From Oculina patagonica (lineage: Eukaryota): a stretch of DNA of 64,000 bases. Location: assembly GCF_052425735.1 (NCBI RefSeq), contig NC_135761.1, positions 3,844,001 through 3,908,000 on the forward strand, in the 5' to 3' direction. A program made the translations under genes and the position numbers. Under the pieces are notes generated by a model. It saw only the letters and a list, made by a program, of their open reading frames with translations, had not been told where the DNA came from and did no database searches. Below, in pieces: positions 46,701 through 56,907 of this stretch (its first letter is position 1; the number at the start of each line of letters is the position of its first letter).

Positions 46701-49700
46701 GATGAATTTGATAACGAGGAACATGAGGAATGTTCTCAACATTCAAATAGATCAAACACAGTAAATGAAGAACAAAATGATGAAGAAGAGTGGAGTGAGG
46801 ATGAAGCAGAAATGCCTGCTGGAGTTACAGATACTTTGTTAACTGCTACAGATTTCATGGAAGAGAATGAACGTCAGTACATTCTTAATGTTGCACCAGC
46901 TGAAGGCAGCAGACCTATAAGTGTGTTTAGAGATAAGTACTCAGAAGAGTTAGCATATCCTGGCATATTCTTAGGCGAAAAGCGGCCGGAAAATGACAAT
47001 AGGCATACCCCTGTTCACTATAGTGACATTTGTAAATCAGAATTACGACGATCAGACCGCAGAGCTGCTAAGTGTGTCGAAAATATATTCTTTAAAACAA
47101 AGAAATTGCAAATGAAAAATATACTGGGAAAATCTCAAATTGCACTGAGGAAATGCCCACGTGGTAACAATAGAACACTGAAAGCTGGACAATTAAAGAA
47201 AGAAGGTGCTTTAGAAAAATTAATCCACCATGATGAGGGCTTTAAGTTTCCAAGAGCTTTAAGAGGTTCTCCTCCATATTTTGAAAAGGCTAAAAAAGAC
47301 ATATTTGCAATGATAAGACAATTGGGTCCAGCCTCACTGTTTTGTAGTTTCTCATCTGCAGAAACACAGTGGGCTCATCTACTGAGAATTCTTGGAAAGC
47401 TTGTTGATAACAAGGAATATACTGACACCGAGTTAGAGAACTTAAACTGGGAGGACAAGTGTAGGCTAATTCAAAGTGATCCAGTCACTTGTGCCCGTCA
47501 TTTTGACTACCAAGTAGGTCAATTTCTGCACAAGTTCCTTATGAACCCTCTTTTGCCACCTTTAGGCAAAATAGATGACTGGTTTTATAGAGTTGAGTAC
47601 CAACAGAGGGGCTCTCCTCACATTCATATGCTGATATGGCTGGAAGACGCACCAGTCTTTGGAGTAGATTGTGATGATAAAGTGACAGCATTTATTGATA
47701 AAATAATAAGTTGTGAAAGACCAACTGATAATCCTGAATTGCCAAAACTTGTTAATAGGCAAATCCACAGGCATTCACACACATGTAGGAAAAAGAGGAA
47801 GACCGAATGTCGTTTCAATTATCCACAGCCACCAAGAATGAGATCAACAAAAATTCTTTATCCTCTTGACAGTAGTGTGCAGGAAAGGGACATTAAGCAC
47901 CACAAAGAAACGTGGAAAACAATAAAAAAACAATTGAATGATATGAAAGAAGGTGATGATATATCATTTGACCAACTGCTACTAAACTTGAACATGACTG
48001 AACAAAATTATATCCTTGCTGTAAGATCAAGCCTTAATACCCCCACAATATTTTTGAAAAGACAACCAAATGAATTAAGAATCAATAATTATAATCCTGC
48101 TTGTCTTCTTGCGTGGAGAGCTAACATGGACATACAGTTTGTTCTTGATGTGTACGCATGTGCTATGTACATTGTCTCATATATCTCTAAGGCACAAAAA
48201 GGAATGAGTGAACTTCTGCGAACTGCCTGTGCTGAAGCTAGAAAAGGGAATTCTAGTATTAAGCAACAAGTAAGAGATATTGGAAACAAATTTTTGAATA
48301 ATGTTGAAATCAGTGCACAAGAAGCTGTCTATATTGTACTACAGCTGCCAATGAGAAAGTCTTCGCGTGAAGTTATATTCATTAATACTTCACCTCCTGA
48401 AGACAGAGTTGAGCTTTTGAAGCCTATAACTGATATCAAAGAAATGGAAGATGACTGTGAGGATATCTATTCTGGTGGTTTGTTAAAGAGATATACAAAG
48501 CGTCCTGTTGCCCTTGAACATGTGACACTAGCAGATTGGGCTGCATGGTATGACCGTAGCAAACAATATGTTAAGAAGTCTTTTGACATTGATGTTGATA
48601 ATCTGCCAATAGAGGCGGGCACTGATGATCAGAAGAATGATGATGATGATGATTACACTTGTGATGTAAGTCTCAAATCTCAGAAATACAACAAGCGATC
48701 AAACGCAAGAATTATTAGAAGTGTTTGCTTCAATAAAGAAGTTGATTCAGAGAAGTACTATCGTGAACTTCTCATGTTATTCACATCATGGAGAAATGAA
48801 GCAAAAGACTTAATTGGCAATTGTTCATCTTATCAAAATCACTTCTGTCTTCTGAAAGACAAAATAGAAGATCAAATGAAACAATATGCCATTTGCAGTG
48901 AAAACCTCGATGAGATTCAAGAACAATTAAATAGAGCTGTTGATAATGATGATTATTATGACCAGATTGCACCAGTTACACAAAATGCAGAGTATCAAGA
49001 TGAGAGTCAGGGCATGCAAGACCTTCATCCAGATTTTAATGAAAGTTATGATTTGTCTGATGACATTGGTATTCCTTCTACTTGTTCAAACAGTGAACAA
49101 CTTATACTTAATGAGATGCAAGATCACGAGTATAGACAGATGGTTCAGTCATTGAACAAAGAACAAAAGGAATTCTTTTATCACATTTTACATCTTATTA
49201 AAACATCAGATGAACCATTCTACAACTTTCTTAGTGGTGGAGCAGGTGTAGGAAAATCTTATGTTACTAAAGCACTATATCAAGCAGCCCTAAAGTATTA
49301 CAATACTAGAGCTGGTGATGACTTTCATCAGGTCAATATGTTATTACTAGCTCCTACTGGTAAAGCAGCTTATAATATTAAAGGAAATACAATACACAGT
49401 GCTCTGGCAATACCAGCAAGCCAGTCTCTTAAGAATTACAAAAATCTTGATTCTAGCAGACTTAATACTCTGAGATCTCAAATAGGTGGTGTCAAGCTTA
49501 TTTTCATCGATGAAATATCCATGGTGGGAAATTCTATGTTTCACATACAGATTAACAATAGACTTAAAGACATCAAAGGCAGTAAAGAAGACTTTGGTGG
49601 TGTCAGTATAATTGCAATTGGTGATTTGTTTCAACTACAACCTGTTATGGATGGATATATATTTAAACATTTGGACAATTCAGAATATAGCATACTTTCA

Positions 49701-50072
49701 CCAAACCTGTGGCAACAACATTTTGCAATGTTTGAGCTTCAAGAAATAATGAGGCAGAGAGAAAGTAAAGTGTTTGCTGAAATTTTAAACAGGTTAAGAG
49801 AAGGTAAACATACCCAAAGTGACATATTAAAAATAAAGGAACGCATGATTCGATTTAGCATGTCACATAGCTATCCAATGAATGTACCACATTTATTCTT
49901 TCAAAATGCCATGGTCAATGAATTCAATGATAGAGTTCACCGTGCAGCACCAGGTGAGAAGTATACTATCAATGCACAGGATAGTGTCATAGGAGCTACA
50001 TCTGCAGAGCTTCGAGATAAGATTATGAAACAAATACCACACGACCCTAGGAAAACAAAGCAAATAATTTGA
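43725..50072 (+). CDS. Helentron RepHel polyprotein, part 1 (2A-like motif, OTU, basic repeats, Zn finger, HUH Rep, PIF1 helicase N-half); true start uncertain
   Basis: GDVELNPGP; OTU GSGDCFFKAVS..WAD..HYVS; CSCC..CKSC; RVEYQQRGSPHIHMLIW; YIVSYISK; GGAGVGKS; LAPTGKAA; IDEISM; GDLFQLQPV. Confidence 0.9.
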   Translation: MNLARVVNVLYHSFQSVFHVNRMKGFERNSLLPDRSIRGQLATPNHRMITRLQKQKLKPAKRFNEPFWRTYFEPLIMRMYEPVYGMNEPLRRIYEPLIMRINEPVYGMNEPLRRIYEPLIMRINEPVYGMNEPLEKRIKKPILNGINEAQRGMHAMCYSNVQSAPFIHLTPLKAVVIYYKNENYASNSNVNQCQTNYSLNEACDMLPVKIAKLPSSCRSTARKLSRQSKTKRVRHREPSRISLSTLVRRLRRRKLRNKVKRILRKNTPTSSIVHKLTNDYKTWYVNFISRSDNFFSSFFRPFKKSTLKKKTFSCTSDDTYNFRMKCFSSEKYCVSRKKLLLAGDVELNPGPIQNQQSQVIPLVSCTALVSCNELLQLRLQQRGLRPFDVGGSGDCFFKAVSHKLYGDPGFHLNVRAAGIEYMRENPERFIESNTEHSWLHYVTQMSMPGTWADGLIIQAVADQLSLKIFIVESRLDFAELNVVEAVDPQQEIREICLGHIDETHYVSTLPAVVESNICETQCSTSKVLDKNVSLDNNYLLETNATRKSNADMSECNAKKPSGYMRDYRQKRKQNQSTAEKQKNTAYRREYIRKKRAKQNKENTEDKQKYNTYMREYRQKRKQNQSTAEKQKKAAYKNTEDKQKNNAYMREYRRKRKQNQSTAEKQKKAAYKNTEDKQKNNAYMREYRRKRKQNQSIAEKQEKNAQRRVYMRKKRAQQNKENTEDKQKYNTYMREYRRKRKQNQSTAEKQEKNAQRRVYMRKKRAQKKKENTVNVQFQQTESQPQLQNLISKFHDIVSNGPLYICSCCDQLWYKHSVSHALSLRNHNPGVGKYLLDKKSVDNLEWLCKSCHNYLTKNKVPPCASANGMQFPTKPTFFDLNELECRLLAPRLAFQKLMQAPRGRQLKINGNIVNVPADITSTISMLPRLPNEAGTIKVNLKRKLQYKSSALSLNVRPHKVVEAANWLVNNSSLYREEGITVNQNWQENIATFILDEFDNEEHEECSQHSNRSNTVNEEQNDEEEWSEDEAEMPAGVTDTLLTATDFMEENERQYILNVAPAEGSRPISVFRDKYSEELAYPGIFLGEKRPENDNRHTPVHYSDICKSELRRSDRRAAKCVENIFFKTKKLQMKNILGKSQIALRKCPRGNNRTLKAGQLKKEGALEKLIHHDEGFKFPRALRGSPPYFEKAKKDIFAMIRQLGPASLFCSFSSAETQWAHLLRILGKLVDNKEYTDTELENLNWEDKCRLIQSDPVTCARHFDYQVGQFLHKFLMNPLLPPLGKIDDWFYRVEYQQRGSPHIHMLIWLEDAPVFGVDCDDKVTAFIDKIISCERPTDNPELPKLVNRQIHRHSHTCRKKRKTECRFNYPQPPRMRSTKILYPLDSSVQERDIKHHKETWKTIKKQLNDMKEGDDISFDQLLLNLNMTEQNYILAVRSSLNTPTIFLKRQPNELRINNYNPACLLAWRANMDIQFVLDVYACAMYIVSYISKAQKGMSELLRTACAEARKGNSSIKQQVRDIGNKFLNNVEISAQEAVYIVLQLPMRKSSREVIFINTSPPEDRVELLKPITDIKEMEDDCEDIYSGGLLKRYTKRPVALEHVTLADWAAWYDRSKQYVKKSFDIDVDNLPIEAGTDDQKNDDDDDYTCDVSLKSQKYNKRSNARIIRSVCFNKEVDSEKYYRELLMLFTSWRNEAKDLIGNCSSYQNHFCLLKDKIEDQMKQYAICSENLDEIQEQLNRAVDNDDYYDQIAPVTQNAEYQDESQGMQDLHPDFNESYDLSDDIGIPSTCSNSEQLILNEMQDHEYRQMVQSLNKEQKEFFYHILHLIKTSDEPFYNFLSGGAGVGKSYVTKALYQAALKYYNTRAGDDFHQVNMLLLAPTGKAAYNIKGNTIHSALAIPASQSLKNYKNLDSSRLNTLRSQIGGVKLIFIDEISMVGNSMFHIQINNRLKDIKGSKEDFGGVSIIAIGDLFQLQPVMDGYIFKHLDNSEYSILSPNLWQQHFAMFELQEIMRQRESKVFAEILNRLREGKHTQSDILKIKERMIRFSMSHSYPMNVPHLFFQNAMVNEFNDRVHRAAPGEKYTINAQDSVIGATSAELRDKIMKQIPHDPRKTKQII

Positions 50073-50111
50073 AACCTTCAGCTAGCAGAAGGAGAAAGAA
50101 CAGAACTAGCA

Positions 50112-51305
50112 ATGAATGTACGGACAGAAGATGGCATGACGAATGGAGCTGGTAACATAGTTAAGAAGATAAACTTGACTCAGAGGTGCAAACCATCTGG
50201 AATTGTTTGGGTCCAGTTTGATCATGCTGATATTGGACAAAAAACACGCCACGAAAATAGACATCTATATGTTCAAGGCATTCAACCTACATGGACACCT
50301 ATTAAGCCAATCACCACTCAGTTTGCAGTGGGTAGAAATAGGACTGCTCAAGTGGTTAGAAAGCAGTTTCCACTACGCCCTGCAGCAGCTAAAACAATCC
50401 ACAGATCACAGGGTGACACTGAGAACAAAATTGTTGTTAACTTTAACACCACACGATCAATACCTCATATTCACTATGTTGGCTTAAGTAGAGTAACAAC
50501 TCTGGAAGGGTTATATGTCACGGATCTTTGTGAGGACAAAATAGCAGTAAGTAATGATGTCAAAACAGAAATGCAACGTTTGAGGAATGAAGCATGTCTC
50601 CAACTTTCTGTGCCTCCACTTTATGCTTTAGAACAGAACCTTTTGAAAATTTGCTTTCTTAATGCAAGATCTCTTCATAGACATATCGAAGACATCAAAA
50701 AAGATTTCAATTATTCATGTGCTGATGTTTGCATATTTTCTGAAACTAGATTCAGTCAAACAGATAGTGATACAATGTATTCCATTGATGGATATAGTTT
50801 GTTTAGAAATGACAGCCAGTCTGCTGTTCAACATACTAGGCCCTATGGAGGCACGGCGGTATACAGTAGAATTGACTATTATCCTGGCTATCCATATGCA
50901 CATAATAGTAATGGCATTGAGATAACTATAGCGAGGTTTATACAAATACCTGATGTTACAATAATAGGAGTATATAGATCTCCCAAAATACCTATCACAC
51001 AGATGTGTATTACACTAGCACAAGAACTTAGCTTACATTCAACTCAGTTCACTCTCTTCATTGGAGATTTCAACGTTCACTGGTTTCATAAAAAAGAAAG
51101 CATCCCCCTTTACAATTTGTTTATTAGAGACCATGGCTTTAGACAATTAGTAACACACTGTACTACTGATTACAGAACAACTATAGATCATATATATACA
51201 AATCTGCCATCCTCACTAGTAAAAGAACACATTCTAGAAACCTATTTCTCTGATCACAAATCAATCTGTGCATTAATAAGTCATCTGCCACAAGTGAAAA
51301 TATAA
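50112..51305 (+). CDS. Helentron RepHel part 2 (helicase C-terminus + AP-type endonuclease), same frame as part 1 after a TGA
   Basis: RKQFPLRPAAAKTIHRSQG, YVGLSRV; endonuclease motifs LNARSL, SETR, GDFN, IDHIY, SDH. Confidence 0.9.
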   Translation: MNVRTEDGMTNGAGNIVKKINLTQRCKPSGIVWVQFDHADIGQKTRHENRHLYVQGIQPTWTPIKPITTQFAVGRNRTAQVVRKQFPLRPAAAKTIHRSQGDTENKIVVNFNTTRSIPHIHYVGLSRVTTLEGLYVTDLCEDKIAVSNDVKTEMQRLRNEACLQLSVPPLYALEQNLLKICFLNARSLHRHIEDIKKDFNYSCADVCIFSETRFSQTDSDTMYSIDGYSLFRNDSQSAVQHTRPYGGTAVYSRIDYYPGYPYAHNSNGIEITIARFIQIPDVTIIGVYRSPKIPITQMCITLAQELSLHSTQFTLFIGDFNVHWFHKKESIPLYNLFIRDHGFRQLVTHCTTDYRTTIDHIYTNLPSSLVKEHILETYFSDHKSICALISHLPQVKI

Positions 51306-51817
51306 ACCATTTACATTGTATATGTATTTGCAAAGCCAAACTATTTACCGTACTGTTTTTTTTTTTTATTCCAAAGCTTGACTGATATTTCACACCCCAA
51401 CCACAGGGTTTCAGTAACAAACTGCTCAGGAACCAACCAGAAAGACATATTTTTCTGATCATAAAGCAATGTGATCAAAACATTAACTACCTGGCTAAAT
51501 AAAATGCTACATGTACTACTAGTCCAAATCAGTAGCATAGTCTAGAGAAAGCTCTCTTTAAATTGCCAGACTTTTTACATTAAGCACTCTCAATCAACAC
51601 AGGTTATCTTTTCCTTAGATGCCAATCATATATGATTGATATCTAAGGAGCACTTTAGACCTGTATGATGCACTCTACAAATACTCACAGGTATATATAC
51701 AAGTTAGTTTTTGTTTTTGCCTTCTCGACATTTTTACATACCTTTCAACCCCAACACCTCAAGAAAATTGTCACTAAATAGTAATATTAATTCTCTCTTT
51801 TTTATCTTTTGTAGAAC

Positions 51818-52838
51818 ATGGAGGAAGAACAGAAAGACATAGTAGGATATCTCCACAACGTGTCACCCATAAAAAAGAGCGAGAAAGTGTCTTATTTTGA
51901 TATGTCTATACAGACAAATAATGATGTCATAAGAGGAGTTTGTTTTTCACCAGTAAAACACACTCAATTCAAGGATATCAGTGTTCAAAAAGAAAAGCCC
52001 AGTGAAAGTGAGACAATTCAAACTAGATAACAAGTCGGACAACAACACAGTGCTCATGTACCACAATGTCTCACTAGATAGTGTTGATGACATCAACTTT
52101 CAACCAAAGGACATACCCACTACCTACAATATAGCCTCAATCTCTGCATTCAACACAAATCAAATGATAACCATCAAAGCCAAACTGCTACAAAAGTCTG
52201 GCAAGAAGAAAGTGAAAACTGCAAATGGGGAAAAATCCATAGTCAATGCCTACCTCGTCGACCCTCATGGTACCATAAAGGTGACCTTATGGGAAACATT
52301 CTGTGATTTGGAAGAGGGAAAAACCTACCAATTTGAAAACATACTAGTAAGAAGAGAATACAACAGCAAAGATCTAGTGTTGACCACTCCAAGATCTGGA
52401 TGCAAAGCTCAAGAGATAGAGCCTTTCAAAGACAATGTGGTTCAACCTTCAGAACTACCCAAAACATTCACGTCAACAACTGCCATTGCAAAGGTACTTG
52501 GATTACAGTCATTCACAGTATATCAAGCATGCTGCCAGTGCAAAAAGAAGATTACACTGGACAAGTCAGCAATTGTTACATGCAGTACATGTGGTCTCAA
52601 GCAAAAAGTTACATCAACCATTGAGCAATGTTATGCTGAGTTGTATATTAACGTCAATGACTCACCAATAACAGTCACACTTTTCCATGACATCATCAAA
52701 GAAATGTTAAAGTCCCAAGGAAAGCAAGATCTGACCATCAATGAAAATAATCTTACAACTTTCTTCCTTGACCTAGAAACACTGAACAGCATCACTTACA
52801 ATAATAAAACGAAAATTGTGGAGGCAGTTTCCATCTAA
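51818..52838 (+). pseudogene. Helentron-borne RPA70-like OB-fold ssDNA-binding protein, frameshifted near 51985
   Basis: tttgtag before ATG; VGYLHNVSP..YFDMSIQ..RGVCFSP; LVDPHGTIKVTLWE (OB fold); CCQC..CSTC zinc ribbon; two overlapping ORFs. Confidence 0.7.
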
Positions 52839-53416
52839 ACTGCTTATTGTGACAGTGTCACTTTGCTTGTTTTTACCAAAGTTTTAAATAATTTTCTAAG
52901 CTATTTTAGAAATAGTTTTCTTGTACTGTCGTTTTTTTTTATCCGTGCCTGTTCGTATGTTGCAGACGGACCAGACAGACCTCACCAGAAGTTTTCGATG
53001 TGAGTAGAGGTCAGATCACGTATTGTAGAACTCGCTAGTATGTAGTGACACTGTGGAGTGGTAGTGGGTACACCCAGTTCCGTGGACTGACATTCTCTCC
53101 ACGTCAGGAGGCGATCCTGACATGTGATCTCGTTCCGCACAGACAGTGTGAGACGAGTGTGAGGAGCTGTGGAGCCTCCAGAGGGGACCTGATGGCCGAG
53201 TTATGCGTGCTGCACAGGCGATTTGAGTCTCCCACAGTGTTCCTTCTGTAGGCCAGCCCTCGCGCACGGCGAGCCACATAAGGTCAGCGCACGCGCGGGC
53301 CCCGCAGGCCCCGCCGGGCGCGACCGCTCGCGTCGCACGGCTTACATTATACTAATCATTTAATTATATATAACCATAACAATCATCGCCAAGCCAACCT
53401 GGCACTCATTACTGTT

Positions 53417-54214
53417 AGAAATATTGACACAACAAGTTTGTTAAGAGTTAGTTGTTCCAGTGTTTAATTTGGGTGACACTGGTTAAAGAACCACTGTCTT
53501 CTCAAGAAATATTGACACAACAAGTTTGTTAAGAGTTAGTTGTTCCAGTGTTTAATTTGGGTGACAGTAGTTAAAGAACCACTGTCTTGTCAAGAAATAT
53601 TGACACAACAAGTTTGTTAAGAGTTAGTTGTTCTAGTGTTTAATTTGGGTGACAGTAGTTAAAGAACCACTGTCTTCTCAAGAAATATTGACACAACAAG
53701 TTTCTTAAGAGTTAGTTGTTCCAGTGTTTAATTTGGGTGACACTGGTTAATTAAAGAACCACTGTCTTCTCAAGAAATATTGACACAACAAGTTTGTTAA
53801 GAGTTAGTTGTTCCAGTGTTTAATTTGGGTGACACTGGTAGTTAAAGAACCACTGTCTTGTCAAGAAATATTGACACAACAAGTTTGTTAAGAGTTAGTT
53901 GTTCCAGTGTTTAATTTGGGTGACAGTAGTTAAAGAACCACTGTCTTGTCAAGAAATATTGACACAACAAGTTTGTTAAGAGTTAGTTGTTCCAGTGTTT
54001 AATTTGGGTGACAGTAGTTAAAGAACCACTGTCTTGTCAAGAAATATTGACACAACAAGTTTGTTAAGAGTTAGTTGTTCCAGTGTTTAATTTGGGTGAC
54101 AGTAGTTCAAGAACCACTGTCTTGTCAAGAAATATTGACACAACAAGTTTGTTAAGAGTTAGTTGTTCCAGTGTTTAATTTGGGTGAAAGTGGTTAAAGA
54201 ACCACTGTCTTGTC
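53417..54214 (+). repeat. 88-bp tandem array, 9 copies, inside the Helentron
   Basis: Unit starts (agaaatattgacacaac) at 53417, 53505, 53593, 53681, 53773, 53864, 53952, 54040, 54128. Confidence 0.95.
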
Positions 54215-54865
54215 ACTAATAAATATATCACATTGAGTTCTTATAAGGTCAATAGATTCTGTCTTTTTCGTTGTTGTTAAAACGCTACCATTGTGACAAT
54301 GATTCCAAATACAACTAACGGTAACCAGTGAGATAACGCCACTAAAAGAATCACATTGAGTTCATTGAGATTTTTTTATAATGTTAAGAGTTACTGTTTT
54401 TTATCAAAGAGACAATCATGTCAGACATTACGTTAACTTACTAGCAATTAAATTATGTTTGCTGCCTTTGATTTCAACATAACATAGATCAGTAAAATTA
54501 TCAGGATTGAATTAACACAAAGTGACTACAATATAGTGCAATTATTCACCTGCACACAAGTGACAGACAATAAAAGACGTTGGATTTCAATCTCGACTCA
54601 CTTGTCTTTCATCAACATGTTCCCTAAGACTTTGCTCTAGCAGCAAAACACATGGACCCATTGGGGCCCTATTTTTGTAATCTGTATTCCTGCATAAATA
54701 AATTTTATTGTGGCTATAAGTCTGATTTGTTGTTCACTAACAACACCAGAACCTGCCTCGGTCACATTTGGCGCTGCGAGCAGGGTACAAAAAGAAACCA
54801 ATTTTAAAAAATCAGCAATTTTACAAAAAGGGTGGTTGCAATAACAGGACAAGGATCAAATCACC

Positions 54866-55909
54866 ATGACTACAGAGGAGTTATCAACCAAAGTGGATGA
54901 GTTGACCAAGATGTACAAAGAGGCAATGGAAGAACTAAAGGCCCTGAAGGAATCTACCAACTCGACTCAAGTGTCATCCTCAGAACCAGCAAAAGAAATT
55001 GGCACAAAGCAGAAACAAATTGTTGTCTTTCCCCGGGACAAGAAGATTAAGAACTTCACTGGGAAAAAGACAGAAGGCGACCAACCAGTTGAAGACTTTA
55101 TAGAAGAACTCAGGACAACCTTCGAAGCGAGAGAAATGACCTCACCCGAGAAAGTGGACTTCATAATGTCTCACCTGGATGGACCAGCTAAAGAAGAGAT
55201 ACGAATGTACAGCAAGAAGGAGCGAAGCAACCCAGACTTTCTTCTAGATGTTCTGGCACAAGCATTTGGAGAGAAATGGTCCAGCTCCCAACTCCTGAAG
55301 ATGTTCTATGAGCGCAAGCAGAAAGAAAACGAAACACTTCGAGGGTACTCGTACAGCTTGAATGAACTACTCAAGCGTGCCACTAAAGCAGATCCGAAGG
55401 CAGTCCCTGACCCAGAGAAGACTCTACGGGACCAATTTGCAGACAATGTGAGGGATCCCTTTCTTAGGAAGGAACTGAAGAAGTTCATCAGAGAGCGTCA
55501 ACCCCCATTCTTAGATTTGAGGGAGGAAGCATTACGTTGGTCAGAAGAGGAGGAAAGACCACAGCGTATCATGCCCAGGCCCCAACCATCACAGGAAGTA
55601 GTGGCTGACATCCCAGATGAGAGTTCTCAGTGTAGTGCTAGCTCCACCACCACCCCGATGGATAAGGTATTGGAGGTCCTGCTCAAGCAGCAGAAGTCCC
55701 TAGAAGAACTGACGAGTTCGATTAGAGATATCAAGCAGCCAAGGACCCATATCCCGCCCAAGGAATGGAGTGGACGGCGCCCTGATATTGTTTGTTTCAA
55801 TTGCAACAAGAAGGGACATATTGCCAGAAACTGCCAGGTGAATAATGACCGTTTTGTCAGGAGAGGACCACCACAAGGTAGACAGCACCCTGACAAGTCA
55901 TCAAACTAA
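54866..55909 (+). CDS. Gypsy Gag (capsid-like + CCHC knuckle)
   Basis: Follows PBS; QKENETLRGYS major-homology-like region; CFNCNKKGHIARNC. Confidence 0.9.
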   Translation: MTTEELSTKVDELTKMYKEAMEELKALKESTNSTQVSSSEPAKEIGTKQKQIVVFPRDKKIKNFTGKKTEGDQPVEDFIEELRTTFEAREMTSPEKVDFIMSHLDGPAKEEIRMYSKKERSNPDFLLDVLAQAFGEKWSSSQLLKMFYERKQKENETLRGYSYSLNELLKRATKADPKAVPDPEKTLRDQFADNVRDPFLRKELKKFIRERQPPFLDLREEALRWSEEEERPQRIMPRPQPSQEVVADIPDESSQCSASSTTTPMDKVLEVLLKQQKSLEELTSSIRDIKQPRTHIPPKEWSGRRPDIVCFNCNKKGHIARNCQVNNDRFVRRGPPQGRQHPDKSSN

Positions 55910-55932
55910 CTCCCTCTGCCACAAGGAGCCAA

Positions 55933-56907
55933 GTGACAGCAGGGAACAACAGTGGCTCAAATATGGATATGTCAAGAATGTATGAGAAAGCAGTTGGAGA
56001 GTGCCCAGTGACCTCAGTACGACTGGGTGGAGTAGACGTACCTTGCCTCTTGGACTCAGGATCTGAAGTATCCACAATCACAGAAGAGTTTTTCAATGAA
56101 CACTTTCGCCCTCAAGGAAAAACACTTTTACCTACCGGCGATTGGTTAAGATTGACAGCAGCGAATGGATTGGAGATTCCATATGTCGGATACGTAGAAC
56201 TGGACGTTGAAGCCTTGGGAGTCATGATCCCACAAAGAGGAATTTTAGTCGTTAAGAGTCCAGCGAGTGAAGAGGCCAGGCAACGTAAGAAGATAACCCC
56301 TGGATTAATTGGAATGAACATTATTTCCCAACTGCAAGGACCATACAAAAATGGAAAAACGCAAATTTCCCCCGAATGGAGTAAAGTACTTAAGATTGTT
56401 TCCTGTGCCAAACCTATTTCAGTACGTGGTTTTGCGAAAGTAGCCGGCAAGTCCCAGGTTAGAATTCCAGCCGGATCTGTTTCTGTAGTCCGAATAACTG
56501 GATGGCATGGACCCCAAACGAGCAACACAGCTGCGCTTGTGGAGCCATTAAGTGGACAAACGCCGGGAAACTTGATTGTCATAAATACAGTTACCTGTGT
56601 AGTTAATGGACAACTTCATGTAAGAGTTGCAAACATTACTGGTGAAGATGTCTGGCTTCAACCCCATACAAGAATAGGAGTACTTCATGAGATTAATGAT
56701 GTTATGGATACTAAAAACACTGTTGACTTCAAGAGAGTTTCAATTAATGAAGAGATGGTGTTTGTCAGAGAATCCACAACAGAACAAGAGCGAACACAGC
56801 CCTCAGTATGTCCAATTGATCTGTCAGCTGTAGAGTGCACACCTGAACAAAGAGGAAAACAGCTGGAAAACACAAGAACAAGTTTAAGGAACCAAAAACT
56901 GCAGTAA
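55933..56907 (+). CDS. Truncated Gypsy Pol (aspartic protease only), -1 frame relative to gag
   Basis: CLLDSGSEVS, LTAANGLEIPYVG, LIGMN; no RT/RNase H/integrase before the 3' LTR. Confidence 0.85.
   Translation: MTAGNNSGSNMDMSRMYEKAVGECPVTSVRLGGVDVPCLLDSGSEVSTITEEFFNEHFRPQGKTLLPTGDWLRLTAANGLEIPYVGYVELDVEALGVMIPQRGILVVKSPASEEARQRKKITPGLIGMNIISQLQGPYKNGKTQISPEWSKVLKIVSCAKPISVRGFAKVAGKSQVRIPAGSVSVVRITGWHGPQTSNTAALVEPLSGQTPGNLIVINTVTCVVNGQLHVRVANITGEDVWLQPHTRIGVLHEINDVMDTKNTVDFKRVSINEEMVFVRESTTEQERTQPSVCPIDLSAVECTPEQRGKQLENTRTSLRNQKLQ

Larger units (their letters stand above)
42140..54673 (+). mobile_element. Helentron (endonuclease-bearing Helitron), ~12.5 kb; ends ambiguous by a few bp within T-runs
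   Basis: Inserted in the T-run of the Gypsy LTR; 5' hairpin TGTGTTTTGCTGCAGCC..GGCTGCAAGCAAAACACA; 3' subTIR GCAGCAAAACACA followed by palindrome GGACCCATTGGGGCCC. Confidence 0.9.

Noticed and set aside
53417-54214. CRISPR-like array
   Set aside because: Units are contiguous near-identical repeats with no unique spacers; no cas genes; eukaryotic context
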